Below are positions 1-6,486 of a stretch of 6,486 bases of DNA, one piece after another. The translations under genes were made by a program, and so were the position numbers. Position 1 is the stretch's first letter. Every line of letters starts with the position of its first letter. The DNA lies in the NCBI RefSeq assembly GCF_006345805.1, contig NW_021829326.1, positions 1-6,486 on the forward strand. The letters run 5' to 3'. Origin of the DNA: Octopus sinensis (lineage: Eukaryota). The notes under the pieces were generated by a model. The model ran no database searches. It had not been told where the DNA came from and worked only from the letters and a program-made list of their open reading frames with translations.

Positions 1-680
1 TCGAATGACCATGTAGGGGATAATTTTGAAAAGTATTTGTGTTATCTAACAGTCCTGTGATGAAAAAATGTCTTGTGGAGGGATATTCGAAATCATACAA
101 TGTGTCCTTCCCTTAAATCCTTAAATCCTTAAAAATGTTTCAGCCCGAAGACTGTGGCCATGCTGGGGCGCCACCCTTGTTAACAAAGTTTTGAAAAAAT
201 TGAGAGTTGTTTGGCTGCTATTACGAGCAGAAAAAAAAACCCGTGAGAAAGTTCCACGCATTCGTTTTATTTAGTAATCTTATAAAGAAAAAAATGCTTC
301 ATGAGGACCATTCAAGATTTGAGGGTGGCATGACTGCTATTCTAGTAGTGATGTTTAGCAGATGATAATCAAACACGTTCCTTCCATGCCTCACCATCCG
401 ATTTTATCACGTGTCCCCTTTTATAAGAAATCATAAGAATTGAGGGTGATTTGGCTGCTACTCTTAGCTGTGATGCTTTTGCTTATTGTGGTGTTGTTTA
501 GCAGACCTATGACTAAACAGAAAAGCTAAACCTATCCATAAATAACCATCCATCATTATCCAATGTGTCCTTCCTATTTTTCAAAATAACAGTACAAAGT
601 CGGGTTCGAAAAAGAGAGATTTGGCTGCTGTTTCTGGTAAAAATCGGGCGATCAAGTAGAAGTTATTTCGTCATCGAATG
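1..680. repeat. Degenerate tandem/direct repeat array, monomer roughly 120-170 bp
   Basis: Core GAG(G)GTGATTTGGCTGCTA-like motif at about 202, 321, 442 and 613. (T)GTGTCC(T/C)T block at about 101, 411 and 564. GTGTTGTTTAGCAGACCTATGA-like block at about 39, 348 and 491. Confidence 0.6.
111..178 (-). mobile_element. 5'-truncated non-LTR retroposon (LINE/SINE) 3' tail with a short tandem-repeat end
   Basis: Minus strand reads AAGGGTGGCGCCCCAGCATGGCCACAGTCTTCGGGCTGAAACATTTTTAAGGATTTAAGGATTTAAGG. Positions 136-178 align ungapped to 6206-6248 (33/43 identical by hand count) and end in an 8-bp tandem unit. Confidence 0.65.
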
Positions 681-791
681 AAGTGGAATGGTGAGAATGG
701 TGCGAATGGTTGCTGTGGATGGTGAAGAATTTTTAAAAGAACTAAAAAGGTTGTGTGATTGAAATATTGTTGTTTTTATTATTATTGTCAC

Positions 792-1290
792 TACTACAGC
801 TGTTGCTCAAAATCTCTCTGTCTCTCTTTCTCTCTCTCCTCTCTCTCGCTCTACGTCTCACTCTCTCTCTCCCTCTCTTTCGCTCTACGTCTCACTCTCT
901 CTCTCATTTTCTTACTATCTCTTTCTGCCACTCTCTCTTTGTTCCATCCTTCTCCTCTTCTCTCTACCCCTTTCTCTCTCCCTCTCTTTCTCTCTACCTC
1001 TTTTTCTACCCGTCTCTTTTTGTACCCCACTCCCCTACTTTCTCTCTATCCCTCTCTTTTTGTCCCTCACCCTCTCTCTGTTCTCTTCCTCACCTCCTTC
1101 CCTTACCTTAGTCTATCGCTCCATACCTCTCCCCTCTCTCACGCCACATCTCCTTCCTCACTCCCTACCTCTTCCCTCTCTCTCCATCTCTCCCTCTCCC
1201 TCTCCATCTCACCCACCTTTTTTCCTCCCACTCTCCCCCACATCTCTACCTCTTTTCCTCTTCGTCCTCTCTCTCTCTCTCTCTCTCTTC
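792..1290. repeat. Degenerate (CT)n polypyrimidine/polypurine tract
   Basis: About 500 nt that are almost entirely C/T on the plus strand, ending in a pure (CT)n run near 1266-1288. Includes a 34-nt-period duplication at 847-871 and 881-905. Confidence 0.95.
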
Positions 1291-1589
1291 ATTATCCAAA
1301 ATATTTCTTTCTCTAATTCTCTAAAACTTTTTTTTTAACAAAAAAAAAGAAAAACAAAAACAAAAATATTTCTTTCACATTTTCTTTCAAACATCTCATT
1401 TCCTACTTGTCAATTTTTTGTTTGTTTTTATCGTTTCCATTTCGTCTCATCTTTCTTTATTTTTCTTTCCTTCACTTCTTTCTTCTTTCCTTCTTCCTTT
1501 CTCTTTTTCTTTCTGTTATTAATTGACTACTCACCCCCTTCACTCTTACTACAACTTTTCCAATCTTTATATTCCCAACAGTTTTCTTT

Positions 1590-1865
1590 TTATTGTTCGT
1601 GTTAACGTTGTTGCAGTTATTATTCTTGTTATTTTTTATGTTGTTGTTGTTAATATTGTAAAATATTGTTGTTAACGTTGTTGTTGCTAACGTTATTATT
1701 ATGGTTGTTGTTATTGCTGTTGTTGTATCTATTGTCGTTATTGTACTTGTTATTGTCGTTCTTATTGTAGTTGTTGTTGTTGGTTGTTGTTTGTTGTTGT
1801 TGTTATTGCTTAATGGCCTTCGTCACAGCCTCTTTTTTTATTTGTTTTGTTATTGTTGTTGGTAT
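1590..1865. repeat. Degenerate (GTT/ATT)n trinucleotide tract
   Basis: Recurrent GTTGTTGTT and TTATTG units, which explain the poly-Val/Leu/Cys ORFs. Confidence 0.9.
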
Positions 1866-1989
1866 TCTTCTTCCTCTGAATTTCCCCTCCCCCCGCCCCT
1901 TAATCATTTCTTTTTCGTTAACCGATGTATCCTCCTCCACCCTCTCTTCAGTTCCAAACTATATCACACAATACAGACCAACCATCTCG

Positions 1990-2735
1990 CCATCAACAAC
2001 AACAACAACAACATAACCACAATGACCACTGCCTCAACCACCACCAACAGCTCAACCGCCACTACCACCATAAACACAACCACCAACAGCTCAACCACCA
2101 CTACCACCGACAGCACAACCACCACCAACAGCTCAACTACCACCACCAACAATAACATAACAAGCACCATCACCAACACAACCACCAACACCAGCACACC
2201 ACTATAACCTCTACAACCTCCAAGACAACCACCACTAACACCAAAAACACAACTACCACCATCACAACCATTGCCACCACCAGCACAACCACCACCAGCA
2301 CAACCACCACCAGCACAACCACCAAAAACACAGCCACCACCACCACCACAACTACCACAATCACCTCAACCATCACCACCGCTAACACAAGCATCACCAC
2401 AACCACCACCATTACCACAAAAACAACCACCACTACAACAACTACCAACAACGATTACCACCCACCACAACCCTTATCACTATCACAACAACGAGAGCAC
2501 CATCATCACCACCACCATGAACAAAGTCACCACCACCACTACAACAACAACGACCAACACCAACCCTACCGCCGCCACCACTACAGCCACTACCACCATC
2601 ACCAACACCATTACTACCATCACCACCATCACCACCATTTCCTCCTCCAATCAACACCTGTCCTTTCCAACACAACCACCTCCACTACGGTAAGCGCCAC
2701 TAAATCCAACTGCGGCCACCACCATCGCCACTTCA
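1990..2735. repeat. Degenerate (ACC/AAC/ATC)n trinucleotide tract with internal higher-order repeats
   Basis: ACC/ACA/AAC units throughout. ACCACCAACAGCTCAAC occurs three times within about 2040-2138, and the 15-mer ACCACCACCAGCACA is repeated three times in tandem at about 2273-2320. Confidence 0.9.
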
Positions 2736-2909
2736 ACGGCATTCTGCCACGGCTACCAGAAAATGAATGATAATAAAAGACAATAAAACAAAGATACCCA
2801 CCTTACCACTATTTTAGTTCTGGTTTAGATGTGACAAACGTTTAAACAATAAAAAAATAAAAGACAATTTACAAACATTAAAAAATATCCCTTCCACCAC
2901 ACGCGAGCA

Positions 2910-3031
2910 CGCACAACACACACACACACACACATATGCACACACACATACATATATGTATATATAGATACATACATACAAACGCACACACACTTATACA
3001 TGCATATATATGCATGTATAAGTACATACAT

Positions 3032-3068
<37 letters not shown>

Positions 3069-3234
3069 TTATATATATGCATACATATATATCTATATAT
3101 ACATCCATGTATATCTATAGATATTTGTACCGTGTATATATATATAATATATATATATATATTTGCACACGCCACACCCACACACATATATATATAGTAT
3201 ATATATATGTATGTATATTATATATATATATAGA

Positions 3235-3278
<44 letters not shown>

Positions 3279-3279
3279 T

Positions 3280-3325
<46 letters not shown>

Positions 3326-3335
3326 GCATACATAT
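2910..3335. repeat. Compound (CA)n/(TA)n microsatellite
   Basis: Long (AC)n and (AT)n runs, directly visible. Confidence 0.95.
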
Positions 3336-3359
3336 ACAACACTAAACGAAGGAGGAACT

Positions 3360-3518
3360 AAACAGAAAAACAACAAGGCGAAATAATTTAAGAATGAGCA
3401 AAAATGCATAAGGAAAAAAAAAACTGAGAAACTGAACACAAAAAAAAAAAAAATGAAAAGAAACGAAATCCAAAACTAAAATCAAAATAAAACAAATAGA
3501 AAAATAATTATATAAACA
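3360..3518. repeat. A-rich low-complexity tract
   Basis: Poly-A runs of about 10 and 15 nt near 3414-3452 within A-dominated sequence. Confidence 0.75.
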
Positions 3519-3802
3519 AGATGGCCGAAATAAATGAGAACTGGCGGCAAAATGTCGCCGAAGTATCTTTTCAACAGGAGCAATGATCTTACTCTCCCAA
3601 CCACTACTCGAACACTAAACCAACAATAGACTCCCCCAATGCACTTCACTCACATTAGAAGCTCCGAGTTAAACTATACGTGTCTCAATAGCATTGAAAA
3701 CATTAATAATATAGATAATAAAAACAATATTTGACAGAGGCTAATATCATTCAAAAGGTCTACGCTTAGCTACTCTTAACCAGCCAAACGCTGCCGTTTC
3801 TT

Positions 3803-3812
3803 TTATTATTGA

Positions 3813-3867
<55 letters not shown>

Positions 3868-3892
3868 GCTATTATGATTATTATTATTATTA

Positions 3893-3947
<55 letters not shown>
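3803..3947. repeat. (ATT)n microsatellite, roughly 47-48 units with a few interruptions
   Basis: Near-perfect ATT array, source of the minus-strand poly-Ile ORF. Confidence 0.97.
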
Positions 3948-3949
<2 letters not shown>

Positions 3950-4124
3950 TAGTTTTATATTTATATTTTCCCATCTCTCTTCCGCCAGTTTCCGTTTTCC
4001 TGTAAGTTTTGTTTATTTTATTTTGCTTCATTTCCACAATTTTGATGCTCATTTATATTAAATTTATATCTATTTCTATTGTCTATTTATTTGTCCATCT
4101 ATTATTTACGCATTGTCTTGCGCT

Positions 4125-4128
4125 ATAA

Positions 4129-4164
<36 letters not shown>

Positions 4165-4270
4165 CATATTATGTATGTATGTATGTATGTATATATATAT
4201 ATAATAATATATATATATATATATCTATATATACAGAGTGGAGAGAGAGAGAGAGAGACATATATATGTA
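4125..4270. repeat. Compound (TA)n/(TATG)n/(GA)n microsatellite
   Basis: Runs directly visible. Confidence 0.92.
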
Positions 4271-4389
4271 CGTATACCTTTATTGATAGTTATTCACGTA
4301 CTTATATTTTTTTATTTATGAATATATTTGTATTTTGTTATTTTTATTATTTATTTATTTGCATATTGACTTCCTTAGCCATTTATGTA

Positions 4390-4530
4390 TGAATGTGTGT
4401 GTATGTGTGCATGTGCGCATACACACAGATACCCATAGACACACACATACAGACATACACACACATACATACATATATTCACACATTTATTTACACACAC
4501 ACATATATATATTTACACATATGCACACAT
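4390..4530. repeat. Degenerate (GT)n/(CA)n microsatellite
   Basis: Runs directly visible. Confidence 0.88.
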
Positions 4531-4601
4531 TATCACTACTAATTTGTTCGCTAAATTTCTTATAATTATTCATTTATAATTTTATTATATATATAATACA
4601 A

Positions 4602-4712
4602 ATGTGTGTGGGTGGGTGCGTGTGTATATACATATATATATAGACACACACACACACACACACCACATATATATATATATATATAATATATATATATAAT
4701 ATATATTATAGC
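4602..4712. repeat. Compound (GT)/(TA)/(CA)/(TA) microsatellite
   Basis: Runs directly visible. Confidence 0.9.
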
Positions 4713-4818
4713 TATAGAATTATTATGTATTTCCATATCTATTCCTTGGTTTTCCTCTCATTCTTTTTATCTTTGCTTTATGTTTATGGAGTGTTCGAGT
4801 GGACATCCACACATGCTA

Positions 4819-4821
4819 GTG

Positions 4822-4863
<42 letters not shown>

Positions 4864-4940
4864 AACACATGCACGAACGCACACACATTTGTGTGGGGCG
4901 GTGAACGTATGGGGTGTGGTGGGTGTGCGCGCGCGTGTGT
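4819..4940. repeat. Compound (TA)n/(CA)n/(GT)n/(GC)n microsatellite
   Basis: Runs directly visible. Positions 4923-4940 are an 18-nt perfect purine/pyrimidine alternation. Confidence 0.9.
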
Positions 4941-5084
4941 CAACTGCTTCGTTTTACTTCTATGCTTTCAATTTCCATTTCTAGTTTTGAAACGACCGTA
5001 CATCTACGGCTCATCTTTACGTAATTCTTTATTTTATATAATTGTCTGCTATCGACGTTGATGGCGTTGTTAATTGTAATTGCT

Positions 5085-5200
5085 CATTGTTTTGTTTTGT
5101 TTTTTTTTTTGTTTTTTGTTCTATTATTCTTTTTTGTTGCTGGTGGAAATGTTGTTGTTGTTGTACTGGTTGTTGATGCTCTTTTAGTAGTTCTTTGTAT
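5085..5200. repeat. T-rich / degenerate (GTT)n tract
   Basis: Poly-T run near 5095-5117 and GTT units at about 5135-5180. Confidence 0.75.
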
Positions 5201-5240
5201 CTGTTGTTTTCACAGAAGTCATTAATCTATTAAGTTATAA

Positions 5241-5410
5241 TTGCTTTAAGCATTACACTGCGGCCATATTAGCTGAACAGATCGATCTCACTCCATACTT
5301 TTGACGTCTGATACTTATTCCATCCGTCCTTGTTACCGAACTACTAGCTTTCGGAGACGTAACAAACGAACACTGATGGGACCGGGTACACACACACACC
5401 ACACACATGC
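5241..5410 (-). mobile_element. Old, diverged 3' fragment of the same retroposon family as 6197-6486
   Basis: Collinear matches by hand: 5242-5267 vs 6206-6231 (18/26), 5269-5287 vs 6247-6265 (14/19), 5312-5328 vs 6292-6308 (13/17), then GACGTAAC vs AACGTAAAC and a (CA)n tract at the equivalent position. Confidence 0.65.
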
Positions 5411-5496
5411 ACATTATAAGTACATTATAAAGTTGGATGTATATTGTAAATATAGGCACCGCTCATTATATCATCGCAGAAAACACACATGCTTGT

Positions 5497-5507
5497 TCGT
5501 TTATAGA
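5497..5507. repeat. Target-site duplication, left copy (TCGTTTATAGA)
   Basis: Exact match to 5897-5907 and abuts the SINE 3' tail. Confidence 0.9.
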
Positions 5508-5829
5508 TGGATGGAAGCACTCCGTCGGTTACGACGATGAGGGTTCCGGTTGATCCGAATCAACGGAACAGCCTGCTCGTGAAATTAACGTGTAAGTGGC
5601 TGAGCACTCCACAGACACGTGTACCCTTAACGTAGTTCTCGGTGATATTCAGCGTGACACAGAGAGTGACAAGGCCGCCCCTTGAAATACAGGTACAACA
5701 GAAACAGGAAGTAATAGTGAGAGAAACTTGTGGGTGAAGAGTACAGCAGGGATCACCACCACCCCCTGCCGGAGCCTCGTGGAGCTTTTAGGTGTTTTCG
5801 CTCAATAAACACTCACAACGCCCGGTCTG

Positions 5830-5840
5830 GGAATCGAAAC
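5830..5840 (-). promoter_or_regulatory. Pol III type-2 promoter B box
   Basis: Minus-strand GTTTCGATTCC has one mismatch to GGTTCGANTCC and lies 33 nt downstream of the A box. Confidence 0.8.
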
Positions 5841-5873
5841 CGTGATCCTATGACCGCGAGTCCGCTGCCCTAA

Positions 5874-5884
5874 CCACTGGGCCA
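5874..5884 (-). promoter_or_regulatory. Pol III type-2 promoter A box
   Basis: Minus-strand TGGCCCAGTGG fits the consensus TRGCNNAGYGG, about 12 nt from the element 5' end. Confidence 0.85.
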
Positions 5885-5896
5885 TTGCGCTTCCAC

Positions 5897-5907
5897 TCGT
5901 TTATAGA
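5897..5907. repeat. Target-site duplication, right copy (TCGTTTATAGA)
   Basis: Exact match to 5497-5507 and abuts the SINE 5' end. Confidence 0.9.
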
Positions 5908-6112
5908 ACAACTTTCTGACATTATAGTTCTTAATCTGAAGGAAAGGACTGAGTGGGTAAATTTATGTAAAACACTTCATTTAACGTTGGTCCAGTCCAC
6001 GCACATGGAAATAGGTGACTCTATAACGGATTGGCTTTCTGACCAGAGGTATTGTTGGCCTGCTGGAGTAGCTAGTGGAGTGACATCATTCGGAAGCTAA
6101 AACAATACTCGT

Positions 6113-6161
6113 ACACACACACACACATACACATACACACACACATACATACACACACACA
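6113..6161. repeat. (CA)n microsatellite with TA interruptions
   Basis: Runs directly visible. Confidence 0.95.
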
Positions 6162-6196
6162 ATGCACTCATTTTTTGCATACACACAGAAACACCC

Positions 6197-6486
6197 TCTT
6201 CTAATTGTTTCAGTCATTTGACTGTAGCCATGCTGGAGCACCGCCTTTAGTCGAGCACATCGACCGCAAGACTTATTCTTTGTAAGCTTAGTACTTATCC
6301 ACTCGGTCTCTTTTGCAGAACCGCTAAGTTCCAGGGAACGTAAACACACCAGCATCGGTTGGCAAGCGATGTTGGGGGGAGGGGCAAACACAGACACACA
6401 AACATATACACACACATACTATCTATCTATATATATATACATAAGACGGGCTTCTTTCAGTTTCCGTCTATCAAATCAACTCACAA
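6197..6486 (-). mobile_element. 3' portion of a second SINE-like retroposon family, 5' head presumably beyond the window edge, with an internal (CA)/(TA) microsatellite
   Basis: Homologous to 5241-5410 and to the tail at 136-178. Terminal stem-loop at 6211-6224. Resembles a high-copy octopus SINE as I recall it (not verified by search). No Pol III boxes are inside the window. Confidence 0.72.

Larger units (their letters stand above)
5508..5896 (-). mobile_element. Full-length tRNA-derived SINE (389 bp) with 11-bp target-site duplication, octopus-type, exact family not assigned
   Basis: Minus-strand 5' end GTGGAAGCGCAATGGCCCAGTGGTTAGGGCAGCGGACTCGCGGTCATAGGATCACGGTTTCGATTCCCAGACCGGGCG is tRNA-like with A and B boxes. 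It continues into about 310 nt of non-tRNA body and ends in a short (CCAT)-type tail. Flanked by identical TCGTTTATAGA at 5497-5507 and 5897-5907. Confidence 0.92.

Noticed and set aside
111-131. (CCTTAAAT)n as an interstitial telomeric repeat
   Set aside because: It does not match TTAGGG, has under three units, and directly abuts a retroposon 3' end, so it is better explained as its tail.
200-640. CRISPR-like pattern of a repeated motif with variable spacers
   Set aside because: The repeats are highly degenerate, the spacers are about 100-150 nt and similar to each other, the context is eukaryotic, and there are no cas genes.
1101-1321. Minus-strand TTTTAG acceptor at 1321 and AAG|GTAAGG donor at 1107/1106
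   Set aside because: The enclosed sequence is just the GA-rich repeat, and such motifs arise readily there. Nothing else supports an exon.
755-1338. Leu/Ser/Pro-rich ORFs of 92-185 aa
   Set aside because: These are translations of the (CT)n tract, which lacks stops by composition. Several overlapping frames are equally open.
1327-1349. Perfect C-T9-AAC-A9-G hairpin
   Set aside because: Homopolymer pairing only, weak and expected by chance in AT-rich DNA. It is not a bacterial terminator.
1964-2675. Minus-strand poly-Val and poly-Gly ORFs
   Set aside because: They are the reverse complement of the ACC/AAC repeat, with no domain-like sequence.
2772-2787. Two AATAAA hexamers after the ACC tract
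   Set aside because: They are common by chance in A-rich sequence, and there is no evidence of a transcript end.
2825-3439. Ile-Tyr dipeptide ORFs on both strands
   Set aside because: They are translations of (TA)n/(CA)n microsatellites.
3747-4052. Poly-Ile ORF
   Set aside because: It is a translation of the (ATT)n array.
4171-5061. Short plus-strand ORFs of 73-93 aa
   Set aside because: They are dominated by dinucleotide repeats and encode no recognisable protein.
5820-5896. Possible tRNA gene on the minus strand
   Set aside because: A and B boxes are present, but the acceptor and T stems do not pair properly, and it continues into a body and tail flanked by a TSD. It is a SINE head.
6050-6110. 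Possible short remnant of another interspersed repeat
   Set aside because: It seemed vaguely familiar, but there is no second copy, TSD or boundary in the window to support it.
5253-6415. ORFs at 5253-5459, 5301-5540, 5885-6100 and 6086-6415
   Set aside because: They are short, cross SINE and microsatellite boundaries, and have no recognisable motifs.

Overview
Non-coding eukaryotic DNA, very rich in simple repeats. I find no supportable protein-coding gene, tRNA/rRNA gene or CRISPR array, and nearly all listed ORFs are artefacts of microsatellites or SINEs. The repeat content resembles octopus/coleoid cephalopod genomes (from my recollection of those repeat families, not a database search). 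Contents: a decayed tandem array (1-680) carrying a nested retroposon 3' tail; long CT-, GTT-, ACC/AAC-, TA/CA- and ATT-type simple repeats (790-5200); and a cluster of minus-strand retroposons at the right end. That cluster has one complete tRNA-derived SINE with an 11-bp target-site duplication (5508-5896) and two partial copies, one old and one better preserved, of a second family (5241-5410 and 6197-6486). The best-supported observations concern retroposon 3'-end stem-loops and a SINE copy that looks transcription-competent. Two candidate plus-strand exons are speculative. I see no evidence of a new multi-gene system.
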